Positions 10,742 to 20,912 of a stretch of DNA of 64,000 bases are shown piece after piece (position 1 is the first letter of the stretch; each line of letters opens with the position of its first letter). The stretch is from Phycisphaerae bacterium (GTDB lineage: Bacteria; Planctomycetota; Phycisphaerae; UBA1845): contig CAXXGO010000006.1 in NCBI GenBank assembly GCA_963666835.2, forward strand, positions 416,001 through 480,000, in the 5' to 3' direction. Below the pieces are notes generated by a model. That model was not told the origin of the DNA. It did not search any database and worked only from the letters and a program-made list of their open reading frames with translations. The translations under genes were made by a program, and so were the position numbers.

Positions 10742-12424
10742 GTGATCGGGGGCACTATCTTACGGGCCGGACGGCGTCGAATCCGGCACCGTCGCATACT
10801 CCGCCCGGTCGATCGGGAGGCAGCATTGCCAACGGCAGGAACATCCGAACCTCGGCACGTGCGCCCTTTGGTGTCGGATCTTTGGCACCAAGGGATCGGG
10901 GGCCTGATCGTGGCGATTCACGCAACGGTGTTTGTCGCCTCACTGGCCGGGCCGGGGCTGGTGCTGATCGGCACGTTCATCGATGACGGCCGATTCTCCC
11001 TGTCCGCTTGGGCCAATGTGTTCGCCGACTGGGGCCGATGGGGGACGTTGCTGAGCAATACCGCAATCGTCTCCGTCGTAGCCCTGGCAGTGCTGATGAC
11101 GGTCGGCGTCGCACTGGCCGCGTGTCTCTTCAAAACAGACGCCCGCGGTCGCTTCGTAGGTATCAGCCTGCTTCTTCTGGCCGCCGCGATCCCGCTGTAC
11201 GTGGTTGACGGGGCCGCAATCGCGATCTTCGGGGCCGATTCACTCCGCGGCTCGGCACCGGCGGTTGGGTTGATTCATGCTCTCGCACATTTGCCGCTCG
11301 TAGTCATCATTATCGGGATGGCCTTTCGATCAGTGCCCCCGGCCGCGGAGGAAAGCGCACTGGTCGACGGAGCCGGTCGCTGGGGGACTTTCCGGCACGT
11401 GACGCTACGGATGGGGTTCGGCGGGCTCGCGGCCGCGGCGATCATAGTCCTCCTTTGGGTCACAACAGACTACTCCGTGTCGGACACGCTGTTAGTCCGA
11501 ACGTTTGCCGAGGAAGTGTACACTCAATATGCCCTGGAGGGCCGCCCGCAGGAGCCGGCGTTGGTATGCCTGCCGCAGATGCTTCTCTTCGGCGTGGTGC
11601 TGTGGATGTTACGTCGGCACTACCTGACCGGAACCGATGCCCCGCCGCCTGTAACCGCGACGTTTCAGTTCAAGACTCGCCGATGGCGGCCTTTGCTGTC
11701 GTTTGTCGTCCTCGGCATTCCCTTGATCCTGGTGGGTACTCTTCTGTCTGCCTTGGTGAGTCCTCTGCGGGAATCGCCGGAGCCGTTGCACGTGGCCTCG
11801 TGGTTTGTCGAAGAGGTCGGCACGTCTTTGGTTACGGGCGGGCTGGCCGGGGTTATCTCGGCGGCCCTTGGAGTCGGTTTGGCGTGGTACATCGTGAGGC
11901 GCCCGCGATGGCGTCCGATCCTGGCGGCGTATGTGGTGGCGATGCTGGCAATCCCGGCACCTATTCTCGGGATCGGGATGATCCTGCTGTTCAACCGGCC
12001 GGGGATAATGGGCAATGTGTACGACTCCCCCGCGATCCTGACGGTGGCCTATGTCTTCCGGTTCCTGCCGCTGGCGGTCATATTCCTCATTCCAAGTGTG
12101 CGCGCCCTGCCTTGCGACTGCGAGCACGCCGCAAGGGTTGACGGGTGCTCCGAGCTGGGCGTCTGGCTCCGTATCGTCTGGCCGCAGTGCCTTCGGACGG
12201 TGTTTGTTACCGCGTTTGTGATATTGGTGCTGGCCGTGGGCGAGTTACCCTGTTCCCTACTGGTCACCCCGCCGGGGTCGGTTACCGTGGGCGCCCGGCT
12301 TTTCAGTCTCCTCCACTATGGCATGTATCCGGATGCCGCAATGTTGTGCCTGCTGTCAATTGCCGGTATTATCATTCCGTCGTGTATCCTGTTGCTGCTA
12401 TTGAAACCGCGGTTGACAGGGTGA
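10742..12424 (+). CDS. Fe(III)/thiamine-type ABC transporter permease (FbpB-like, two MI domains); start uncertain
   Basis: Two EAA loops (EESALVDGA, EHAARVDGC) and many TM segments. Confidence 0.85.
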   Translation: MIGGTILRAGRRRIRHRRILRPVDREAALPTAGTSEPRHVRPLVSDLWHQGIGGLIVAIHATVFVASLAGPGLVLIGTFIDDGRFSLSAWANVFADWGRWGTLLSNTAIVSVVALAVLMTVGVALAACLFKTDARGRFVGISLLLLAAAIPLYVVDGAAIAIFGADSLRGSAPAVGLIHALAHLPLVVIIIGMAFRSVPPAAEESALVDGAGRWGTFRHVTLRMGFGGLAAAAIIVLLWVTTDYSVSDTLLVRTFAEEVYTQYALEGRPQEPALVCLPQMLLFGVVLWMLRRHYLTGTDAPPPVTATFQFKTRRWRPLLSFVVLGIPLILVGTLLSALVSPLRESPEPLHVASWFVEEVGTSLVTGGLAGVISAALGVGLAWYIVRRPRWRPILAAYVVAMLAIPAPILGIGMILLFNRPGIMGNVYDSPAILTVAYVFRFLPLAVIFLIPSVRALPCDCEHAARVDGCSELGVWLRIVWPQCLRTVFVTAFVILVLAVGELPCSLLVTPPGSVTVGARLFSLLHYGMYPDAAMLCLLSIAGIIIPSCILLLLLKPRLTG

Positions 12425-12715
12425 TGCTTATACTGTTTCTATATGCGGAGAGGGTTGTTGTGTTTCATTCCTGGTCCAACCCCGTTGGAATTGCTCGATC
12501 CCGGGGTAGCCGCTTTGCGGCAGGATTGGGCTTAAGAACGAAACGCCCTCGGCGCATTCCAATGCAAGAGCGCCTCGGTGTTCTTGCGACATAGCAGCCC
12601 GTTGAGGAAGGGGACAGGCTCCGGGGAGATTCCCGCTCAAGATGTCACGATACGCGCTCGGCGTATCCCGATGCGGGAACGTATTGGCGTTCTAACCACA
12701 TAGGAGACCGGTCAG

Positions 12716-13756
12716 ATGAGAAAAAATCTCGTTGGTTCATTCGTTTGCCTGGTTCTGTTGTCGGCCTGCGCGGGATGTGAGAAGGGCGATAGCTCTCCCG
12801 AAGTGGCGACGCGGGAGGTTGTGGTCTATACGGCCTTGGATCGCGGGTTCTCCGAGCCGATTCTGGCGGATTTTACAGAGATGACGGGGATCGAGGTTCG
12901 GCCGCAATACGACACCGAATCTACCAAGACCGTCGGGCTGACCAATCGCATTCGGGCGGAGCGGGACAGGCCGCGGTGTGATGTGTTCTGGAATAACGAG
13001 ATCCTCAACACGTTGCAGCTCAAGTCCGAAGGGCTTTTGGAGCGGTGCAGCCCCTCGCAGGCTGCGAACTACGCCGAAGCCTGGAAGGATCCGGAGGGCT
13101 ATTGGTATGGTTTCGCTGCCCGGGCGCGGGTGATTATCGTCAATACGGATCTGGTGCCGGAAGGGCCTTTCCCTGCTTCCATTTACGACCTGGCCGACGC
13201 CCGCTGGAAGGGCCGGACCGGGATCGCCAAGCCCCTTTTCGGCACGACGGCGTCGCACGTGGCCTGTCTGTTTGCCGCGGTGGGCCCGGACAAGGCGACG
13301 GCGTATCTCGATTCGCTCAAGGCCAATGATATCCAGATTCACGGGGGGAACAAAGGATGCGCCACCGCAGTTGCGGCCGGCACCACCGCCTTCGCCCTGA
13401 CCGATACCGACGATGCCATAATCGAAGTCGAGTCCGGTAAGCCAGTGCGCATCGTGTACGCCGACTCGGACCCGGAGGGCTTGGGCACGCTGTTTCTCCC
13501 GAACACGTTGGCTATCGTCAAGGACGCTCCGCACCGCAAGGAAGCCGAACAACTCGTGGACTATCTGCTGTCGGCAGAGGTGGAGCAGCGGCTCGCGGCC
13601 GGTCGTTCGGCGCAGATTCCGCTCAACCGGAATTCGACACCGAACGAGCGGATCAAAGGCCCTGCCCAGCTCAAGGCCATGAAGGTAGATTTTGCGGCGG
13701 CCGCGGCCGCGTTCAACTCTGCGCGAGAAACGGTGGAGAAGGACTTTCTCGATTGA
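12716..13756 (+). CDS. ABC transporter extracellular solute-binding lipoprotein (FbpA/AfuA-like)
   Basis: Lipobox CAGC, VVVYTALD, DVFWNNE, ARARVIIVNT, GIAKPLFGTT and TDTDD; AGGAG RBS. Confidence 0.88.
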   Translation: MRKNLVGSFVCLVLLSACAGCEKGDSSPEVATREVVVYTALDRGFSEPILADFTEMTGIEVRPQYDTESTKTVGLTNRIRAERDRPRCDVFWNNEILNTLQLKSEGLLERCSPSQAANYAEAWKDPEGYWYGFAARARVIIVNTDLVPEGPFPASIYDLADARWKGRTGIAKPLFGTTASHVACLFAAVGPDKATAYLDSLKANDIQIHGGNKGCATAVAAGTTAFALTDTDDAIIEVESGKPVRIVYADSDPEGLGTLFLPNTLAIVKDAPHRKEAEQLVDYLLSAEVEQRLAAGRSAQIPLNRNSTPNERIKGPAQLKAMKVDFAAAAAAFNSARETVEKDFLD

Positions 13757-14441
13757 GGCACACTCACCCGGCAAGCTTCGGGCGAACGATCGTCGATCAG
13801 CGGGGCGACAGACAGTAAGGCGCTGGGGATGACCTCCCCGGCGGTTTCTTTTGCGCCGTGCGCGTTTGCCGATACCGCTTCCACATAGGTCGTTCAGGAC
13901 CCGACACTGCCGGAAAGACCCGCTGGTCCGCAGGCCAGGCGGGGTATACCCTTCGTTCCGATAGTACCCGCTTGACGGGTCGGCGCGGGCCGCTCGATTC
14001 TCTCGTTGCGCGCCGTTTGGTTCGGGACGGGCGATCGAGCCGGGGGTTCTCCCGCGCCGCCTCCTATCGTCTATCGGGCTTCTCTTTGCCAGCCGATATC
14101 CACTTGTCGAAGCGCGCGCTCACTGGGGGAACCGAATTATCGGGGTGCTTGCTTTGATGGGATGATCTCCGGTGCGAGTCCATCGAGGATTCGGGGCAAC
14201 GGACCTCGTATTCGTCGGTGTTGGCAAAGCGGTCGCTCGTGCGGCCGTTTACCGGTGCCGACGCGCAAGTGGAAGCCCGCGATGTCCAACGGCGATCGGC
14301 AGAATGCGGTCCTAGAGAGGACCGGTCGAGGTTGCTCGTTTCGTCAAAGCCGGAGAATAAAGCGACAGCCCAGGGTAAAACGAAGAGCGGCTCTTTCTAC
14401 CACGGGCGTCTTTCGGGGTTATGTTCTCGGCGGAACCAGGC

Positions 14442-16316
14442 ATGAAGATAGCACACAAGCTGATCTTAGGATCGACAGTCTTAGTGTCGCTGCTCTGGGT
14501 AGTCGGATGGTACTCAGTTTCCGTCGGCCGGCAGTCGCTGCAGACTGCCATCGAACAGGCTTCCAAACAGCTTGCCGTAGCAGGAATCAATGCGGTAGAC
14601 AGCGCCGTCTGCGCCCACATCGACAACTGGCGGGAGTACTGGGCGGGTTCCCTGGCTCAACGTTTTCTTCGGGAATCCAATCAGCGATTCGCAACACTGC
14701 CGGATGCTCGGCATGTTATCGAGCAGCAAGACCGCGATTGGCAAGCAGCGCCCGAGGGTCATGTCATTCCTTTCATGCAGGCTCTTCTGGATAACGAGCT
14801 ATCTGGGGAACTCAGAAGGAAACTGGCCGCCGGCCGGCGATATAAGGGCTATGACGTTTACAGAGAAGTACTCGTGACGAACGTCTACGGCGTCAACACA
14901 GCCCAGAGCGGTAAGACATCCGACTATCGCCAGGATGACGAAGAGTGGTGGCAACATGCCAAACGCGACGGGCTCCTTGTTGAAGATGTCGGATACGACA
15001 AGAGCGCCGGCGGTTACTCAATCGGCATTTGTATGCGGGTGGACGACCCCCACGGAGAAACGCTTGGGGTGGCCAAGGTTGTCCTCAACGTTGAGAGCAT
15101 CCTCGACAGCTTGCGTAGCGAAGCCGCTAAGTTCGAATCCCGGGAAGATGAGTCGTCACAATACACGTTGGCTCTGTTCACTTCCGACAAACGGTTGATC
15201 TACGACGGCGCGGGCTTCGGAGAGTTGGAGGATCGCTCGGACATCCTACATGTCCATCAGAACTCCGGCGAAGAGCGCGTGCGAGTCTATCGCAGACATG
15301 ATCCGAAGTTGGGCGGACTTCTCGGGGCTTGCGCGGTCTCCCGAGGCTACGACGCCTACTCGGGTTTGGGTTGGATTCTGGTGGTCGAGAGCGCCGCCGC
15401 CGAGATCCTCGCACCGGTCACGGCTCTGCGGCGTGATATCCTCCTTATCTCCGCCATGGTCACGATCGGCGGCTTGGCCCTTGGAATCGGCGTCTCGGTT
15501 TCGCTTTCTCGGCGAGTTGCCAAGTTGAGGGATGCGGCGATCGAGATCGGCAAAGGAAACCTACAGGCCGGCGCCGAGGATCATTCAAACGACGAGCTGG
15601 GCAAGCTATCGCAATGTCTCAAAGACATGGCATCGGGACTGAGCAGGCGCTCTGAAAGTCTCCGCGAAAGTGAGGAGCGTCTGCAGACTATTCTGGATAC
15701 CATTCAGGCTGGCGTTGTTATTATCGATGCCGAAACCCACGTAATTGTTGATGTCAATGTCGCGGCACTGCGGATGATCGGGGCGCGCCGCGACGAGTTC
15801 GTGGGGCACGTCTGCCATAAGTTCCTTTGCCCTGCGGATGAAAGGGAATGTCCGATCGCCAAATCCGAAATTCCGCAAGACAACACGGAGCAGATCTTGT
15901 TCAGGCAGAACGGGCAGGCGTTTGCCGTGCTGAAGACGGTTACGCCTTTGAACCTTGCCGGCCGGGAACATCTGCTCGAGAGCTTCGTCGACATCAGTGA
16001 TCGAAAGAAGGCCGAGCAGGAGCTTCGTGAGCTCAATGCCATGATGCTCGAAGGGCTGGAACGCGAGAAGCGGGCCTCGGCGCGGGGGGCGGCGGCCGCA
16101 AAAGAGCTGGAACAACGCGTCAGAGAAGTCTCCGAGGCCAAGCAACGCCTGGAAGTTCTGGTGTCCAACACCACAGAGAGAGAACAACGCATGGTCGCGT
16201 TGAAACAGGAAGTCAACGATCTTCTGGATGAGCTTAAAAGAGCACCCCGATACGAAGCCCCCCGGAAAGTTCGGGAGGTAACTGCTCAAGCTCGATCAGC
16301 CGAGTCTGTCGGATGA
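14442..16316 (+). CDS. Membrane sensor protein: TM - Cache-like periplasmic domain - TM - HAMP - PAS - coiled coil, with no kinase or output domain
   Basis: TSDYRQDDEEWWQ...YDKSAG (Cache-like); IGKGNL...DELGKL (HAMP); ILDTIQAGVVIIDAETHVIVDVN...DISDRKKAE (PAS/PAC); C-terminal REQRMVALKQEVNDLL...PRY. No H-box or G-boxes. Confidence 0.85.
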   Translation: MKIAHKLILGSTVLVSLLWVVGWYSVSVGRQSLQTAIEQASKQLAVAGINAVDSAVCAHIDNWREYWAGSLAQRFLRESNQRFATLPDARHVIEQQDRDWQAAPEGHVIPFMQALLDNELSGELRRKLAAGRRYKGYDVYREVLVTNVYGVNTAQSGKTSDYRQDDEEWWQHAKRDGLLVEDVGYDKSAGGYSIGICMRVDDPHGETLGVAKVVLNVESILDSLRSEAAKFESREDESSQYTLALFTSDKRLIYDGAGFGELEDRSDILHVHQNSGEERVRVYRRHDPKLGGLLGACAVSRGYDAYSGLGWILVVESAAAEILAPVTALRRDILLISAMVTIGGLALGIGVSVSLSRRVAKLRDAAIEIGKGNLQAGAEDHSNDELGKLSQCLKDMASGLSRRSESLRESEERLQTILDTIQAGVVIIDAETHVIVDVNVAALRMIGARRDEFVGHVCHKFLCPADERECPIAKSEIPQDNTEQILFRQNGQAFAVLKTVTPLNLAGREHLLESFVDISDRKKAEQELRELNAMMLEGLEREKRASARGAAAAKELEQRVREVSEAKQRLEVLVSNTTEREQRMVALKQEVNDLLDELKRAPRYEAPRKVREVTAQARSAESVG

Positions 16317-17266
16317 CGGAGACGAATATGACCGCCACATTGTACTGGCTGCAGGGCGGAGGGTGCGGCGGAGACACCTGGTCGCTACTTAACGCCCAGT
16401 CACCTGACATCGTCGAGCTGTTGGCTATGCTGGATGTTGAAGTGCTGTGGCATCCATCCATGTCCAATGGCAGCGTCGCAGAGCATCACGATCTGCGGGA
16501 GCGAATGCTCTCGGGCGAACAGGCCTTGGACGTCCTGTGCATCGAGGGGGCGATAATCCGCGGCCCGAACGATACCGGTATGTTTGACGTGATCGACGGT
16601 CGGCCGAAGAAGGACCTGCTCGCGGATCTGGCGGCCCGGGCGCGCTTCGTGCTGGCCGTGGGGACCTGCGCGAGTTACGGCGGGATCGGCGCCGACGGCG
16701 AAGTGGAGGCCTGCGGAGCCCAGTTCCTCAAATGGGATAAAGGCGGATTTCTGGGTGAGGACTTCGAGTCTCGCGGTGGATTGCCGGTAATCAACCTACC
16801 CGGCTGTCCTTGCCACTGTGACGTTTTTGCCGGGGTCCTGACCGCCCTTCTGCAGGGTGAACCGCCCGCTCTGAACGAGCACAATGCCCCTTTGGCATGG
16901 TACGGCCTGCTGGTACACCAGGGCTGCACTCGAAACGAATACCATGAATACCGAGTTGAGGAAGCGGATTTCGGGGAGAAGGGGTGTTTGTTCTTTCACA
17001 TGGGGTGCCAGGGCCCCCTGGCGTTCGGCCCGTGCAATAAGGTGCTGTGGAACCGGCGAAGTTCAAAGACCCGAGTCGGAGTGCCGTGCTTCGGTTGCAC
17101 CCGCCCGGACTTCCCACAGAAATACGAGTTCTACCGTACGCGCAACATTGAGGGTATCCCGCGAGAGCTTCCCGATGGAGTGGATCGAGCGCATTACCTC
17201 GCATACAAGGGTATGGCCGCGGCGGCGGCCCCGGACAGGTTGAAGAAGAGAGCCACTCACATATAG
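16313..17266 (+). CDS. hupU: [NiFe]-hydrogenase small subunit, HupU/HoxB-like (sensory group 2), cytoplasmic
   Basis: WLQGGGCGGD, GTCASYGG, INLPGCPCH, VHQGCTRNEY, GCLFFHMGCQGP, PCN..LWN and PCFGC; no Tat signal; ATGA overlap with the upstream gene. Confidence 0.9.
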   Translation: MTETNMTATLYWLQGGGCGGDTWSLLNAQSPDIVELLAMLDVEVLWHPSMSNGSVAEHHDLRERMLSGEQALDVLCIEGAIIRGPNDTGMFDVIDGRPKKDLLADLAARARFVLAVGTCASYGGIGADGEVEACGAQFLKWDKGGFLGEDFESRGGLPVINLPGCPCHCDVFAGVLTALLQGEPPALNEHNAPLAWYGLLVHQGCTRNEYHEYRVEEADFGEKGCLFFHMGCQGPLAFGPCNKVLWNRRSSKTRVGVPCFGCTRPDFPQKYEFYRTRNIEGIPRELPDGVDRAHYLAYKGMAAAAAPDRLKKRATHI

Positions 17267-17285
17267 CGACCGGAGGATATGCGAC

Positions 17286-18857
17286 GTGCCCGAAACAACG
17301 ATGATCGATGCCCCGGAGACTCGCGTAGTGAAAAGGACTCTCAAGGTCCCTTTGAACCGAGTCGAGGGTGATCTCGAAATCCGCGTGGAATTGGATGATG
17401 ACTGCGTGTCCGACGCCTGGAGCACGGGAACCATGTTCCGCGGGTTCGAGAATATTCTCCGCGGGCGCGGGGCGCTCGACGGGCTGGTTATTACTCCCCG
17501 GGTATGCGGGATCTGCGGCACGGCGCACCTGACCGCCGCGGCCAAAGCCCTGGATGCCATCTCCCAGACACCTCCACCGGCTAACGCGGTCAGAATCCGC
17601 AATCTGGCACTCATGACGGAGCACATCCAGAGTGACGTGCGCCACGGGCTGTTGATGTTCATGGCCGATTTCGCCAACCCGGCCTACCGGGGCCATCCGC
17701 TCTATGAGGAAGCGCTGAGGCGTTTCGAGCCGTTCAAAGGGGAAGCAGTTATCGAAGCCATCAGGGAGACCAAGGAGCTGCTCGAGATCGTGGCCATCCT
17801 CGGCGGCCAGTGGCCGCATTCCTCGTATATGGTCCCCGGGGGTGTCGTCGCAACGCCGAGCCTGGCCGATCTGCTGCAGTGCCGCCATCTTCTGGCCAAA
17901 CACCAAGCCTGGTATGAACGCCGGATTCTCGGATGCCCAGTGGAACGATGGTTGGAAGTGGACAGCGCCGCCGATCTGGAAACCTGGCTCGAAGAAGACT
18001 CCCATCGTAACAGCGATTTGGGTTTCTTCATCCGCTTTGCTCGCCGAATCGGCCTGGAGAAGATCGGCCGAGGACCTCAGAACTTCATCAGCTACGGTTG
18101 CCTGGATATACCTGCCGACTCGCAAGTTCGCGGCCGGCGCAACGAGGTTACTGATCAACTGGTTCCCGCCGGGTTCGCCCGCGGCACGGACGTCGGTCCG
18201 TTCGAACAAGCGAGAATAACCGAGCATGTCTACCACTCGTGGTTTGAAGACTACGGCGGCGGGCGACATCCCTTTGAGGGCGAAACACGCCCCCGGCCGC
18301 CCGAAACAGATGATCACAAGTACTCCTGGGCGAAGGCGCCCCGATACGACGGCTTGCCCGCTGAAACAGGGCCGTTGGCGGAAATGATCATATCCGGGAA
18401 TCCACTGTTTACGGATCTTGTGGGGCGAGGCGGTGCCAACGTGTTCGTACGCGAGCTTGCTCGCCTGGTAAGGCCGGCCGAACTCATGCCGGCCATGAGG
18501 CAATGGCTGGCCGAAACAGATTGCGAAGGGACGTTCTACATTTCGGCGCCGCGAATCAGCGACGGGGAGGGCTTCGGATTGACCGAGGCGACGCGTGGAG
18601 CCCTTGGGCATTGGGTGAAAATCGCGGATCAGAAGATCCAACACTACCAGATTGTCACGCCAACCGCGTGGCACGCATCGCCCCGCGATTCCAACGGCGT
18701 GCGGGGGGCGTGGGAGGAAGCTCTGATCGGAACTACGGTTCAAGACCCTGCCAATCCGGTGGAACTGGGCCATGTCGTAAGGTCGTTCGACGCGTGCCTG
18801 GTGTGCACCGTCCATGCCGTCAAAGGGGGGCGAAGCGTGAGTCGCCGCACGCTGTGA
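17286..18857 (+). CDS. hupV: [NiFe]-hydrogenase large subunit, HupV-like (group 2c-like) with a cleavable C-terminal extension
   Basis: NRVEGD, L1 TPRVCGICGTAH, KYSWAKAPRY, RGALGHW, YQIVTPT and L2 SFDACLVCTVH followed by 13 extra residues. Confidence 0.92.
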   Translation: MPETTMIDAPETRVVKRTLKVPLNRVEGDLEIRVELDDDCVSDAWSTGTMFRGFENILRGRGALDGLVITPRVCGICGTAHLTAAAKALDAISQTPPPANAVRIRNLALMTEHIQSDVRHGLLMFMADFANPAYRGHPLYEEALRRFEPFKGEAVIEAIRETKELLEIVAILGGQWPHSSYMVPGGVVATPSLADLLQCRHLLAKHQAWYERRILGCPVERWLEVDSAADLETWLEEDSHRNSDLGFFIRFARRIGLEKIGRGPQNFISYGCLDIPADSQVRGRRNEVTDQLVPAGFARGTDVGPFEQARITEHVYHSWFEDYGGGRHPFEGETRPRPPETDDHKYSWAKAPRYDGLPAETGPLAEMIISGNPLFTDLVGRGGANVFVRELARLVRPAELMPAMRQWLAETDCEGTFYISAPRISDGEGFGLTEATRGALGHWVKIADQKIQHYQIVTPTAWHASPRDSNGVRGAWEEALIGTTVQDPANPVELGHVVRSFDACLVCTVHAVKGGRSVSRRTL

Positions 18858-18864
18858 GACGGTC

Positions 18865-19332
18865 ATGAAGCGAATCATCTGCATCGGCAATCGATACCGT
18901 TTTTGTGATGCGGCCGGCCCAATGGTGTACGACCTGCTGGCTCGCCGTGATCTTCTGCCGGAGGTGGAGCTGGTTGACGGGGGATTGGCCGGACTCGATC
19001 TGCTACGGTTCGTTCAGGGAGCCCGGCGGGTGGTTTTTGTGGACGCCGTGGTGGGTTTCGATGAGGCGGACGGCGTATTCGTCTTGAATGCCGACGAGGC
19101 GGCGGTATGTGCGGAGGCGGCCTTCGACCACGCGGCCGGGCTGGCCTATCTGCTGCGGGTCCTGCCTCAGGTTCTCGATGGGCAGCTTCCTGAGGTTTTG
19201 CTCGTTGGAATCCAGGGCGAGCCGAATGACAGTGCCGTCGAAACCGCCGCAGAGTTGAGCCTGAGCCTTGCCGTCGAAGGTGGGGCAAGGGGCTTTCTCG
19301 GGCACGTTGACCTCTCCGGAGTCCGAGGATGA
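18865..19332 (+). CDS. Hydrogenase maturation endopeptidase (HyaD/HybD family)
   Basis: IICIGN...DAAGP, VELVDGG, VVFVDAV and a His motif; directly follows the large subunit. Confidence 0.88.
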   Translation: MKRIICIGNRYRFCDAAGPMVYDLLARRDLLPEVELVDGGLAGLDLLRFVQGARRVVFVDAVVGFDEADGVFVLNADEAAVCAEAAFDHAAGLAYLLRVLPQVLDGQLPEVLLVGIQGEPNDSAVETAAELSLSLAVEGGARGFLGHVDLSGVRG

Positions 19333-20912
19333 CAGCTACCAAGCGAGAACTCTCGGCCGAAGAACTGTATGAGGAAAACGCTCTGCTGAGGGAAGAGGTC
19401 CGGGTCGCGCGGCGCGCGTCGGATATCACTGCAGAACTGGTCGTCGAACAGTTTTCCCGAATCGAGGAGATTCTCCAGCGACTTGAGGACAAGGCGCAGA
19501 AGGAACAAGAGCTTGGCCACGAGCTTGCGAAGAAGCTCAGTGAGGCCGAGATCCGCGAGGCCACTCTGGCTAAGGAAAGGCAGCACCTTGAGGACCTGCA
19601 AATCGCCGCTATTAACATGATGGAGGATATCGCGGCCGCCCGAGTGGTTGCCGAAGCCTCCACACGATCCAAGAGCGAGTTCCTGGCCAACATGAGCCAC
19701 GAGATTCGCACCCCGATGACGGCCATCCTCGGGTTCACGGAGACTATGCTGGATCCCCAGCAGCCCGATTCCGAGAGAATAAACGCGATTCACACCATCC
19801 GCCGCAACGGCGAACATCTGCTCCAGATTATCAACGATATCCTCGATATCTCCAAAATCGAAGCGGGCAAGCTCGACGTCGAGCGAATCCGCTGCTCGCC
19901 GGTCGACGTGGTGGCCGATGTCATGTCGCTCATGCAGGTTCGCGCCGACGCCAAGAACCTGCCCTTCAATATCGAGTACATTGGCGTGGTGCCCGAGACT
20001 ATTGATAGCGATCCCACCCGCCTCAAACAGATTCTCATGAACCTGATCGGCAATGCCATCAAGTTCACCGAGACCGGCGGGGTCAGGCTCGTGACTCGTT
20101 TCGTGGATGATCCGGCCGAACCCAAGATGCAATTCGACGTGCTCGATACGGGACTCGGCATGACCGAAGAGCAGATGGGCAGGTTGTTCCAGGCGTTCAC
20201 GCAAGCCGACACCTCGACCACCCGCCGGTTCGGCGGGACCGGCTTGGGGTTGATGATCAGTAAACGGTTAGCCGAGATCCTCGGCGGCACCATCACGGTT
20301 GAAAGCACTCCCGGTAAGGGCAGTATGTTTCGGGTGACCATCGCCACCGGGCCGCGCGACGGCGTGAAGATGCTACACGACCCGACCGCGGCCACTATTA
20401 CCCATCCGGAATCGTCGGAGGCGCCGAAACCGCAAGTCGTCAATCTCGACTGCGGCGTTCTGCTTGCCGAAGACAACGCCACCAACCGAGCCCTCGTGAA
20501 TGGGATCCTGAAAAGAACCGGGGCAACGGTAACGGCAGTCGAGAACGGAAAGCTGGCCACCGAAGCGGCACTGGCCGCATGGTGCAGGGGTGATCCGTTC
20601 GACGTAATACTGATGGACATGCAAATGCCGGTGATGGACGGCTACGAGGCGACGAGCATCCTCCGCCAGAGGGGCTACCGCGGGCCGATCATCGCTCTGA
20701 CCGCTCACGCGATGGCCGGTGACCGTGAGAAGTGCCTCAAGGCTGGATGTGATGACTATGCCACCAAACCCATCGATCGAGCTGCGCTGCTCGAAACCAT
20801 CCAAAAGCACTTGGCGAGACCGCGCCAGGAACGCCCCGGTCCCGAATCCGCGACGGAATCGCAGAACCCTCCCGCCCTCGCCGCGACCGGGATGGGTGGC
20901 CCATCGCTTTAG
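19329..20912 (+). CDS. Soluble hybrid histidine kinase (coiled coil - HisKA - HATPase - receiver)
   Basis: [39 protein letters not shown] and a receiver (LLAEDN...[12 protein letters not shown]...KP); no TM or PAS domain; ATGA overlap with the protease. Confidence 0.95.
   Translation: MTATKRELSAEELYEENALLREEVRVARRASDITAELVVEQFSRIEEILQRLEDKAQKEQELGHELAKKLSEAEIREATLAKERQHLEDLQIAAINMMEDIAAARVVAEASTRSKSEFLANMSHEIRTPMTAILGFTETMLDPQQPDSERINAIHTIRRNGEHLLQIINDILDISKIEAGKLDVERIRCSPVDVVADVMSLMQVRADAKNLPFNIEYIGVVPETIDSDPTRLKQILMNLIGNAIKFTETGGVRLVTRFVDDPAEPKMQFDVLDTGLGMTEEQMGRLFQAFTQADTSTTRRFGGTGLGLMISKRLAEILGGTITVESTPGKGSMFRVTIATGPRDGVKMLHDPTAATITHPESSEAPKPQVVNLDCGVLLAEDNATNRALVNGILKRTGATVTAVENGKLATEAALAAWCRGDPFDVILMDMQMPVMDGYEATSILRQRGYRGPIIALTAHAMAGDREKCLKAGCDDYATKPIDRAALLETIQKHLARPRQERPGPESATESQNPPALAATGMGGPSL

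Noticed and set aside
14222..14236. Sigma54 promoter upstream of the hydrogenase operon (TGGCAAAGCGGTCGC)
   Set aside because: The GG-N10-GC spacing fits but the match to TGGCAC/TTGC is weak, which is expected by chance in GC-rich DNA.
17286..18857. [NiFeSe]-hydrogenase, given the possible Sec usage at 1381
   Set aside because: The L2 motif is DACLVC encoded by Cys codons, with no in-frame UGA.
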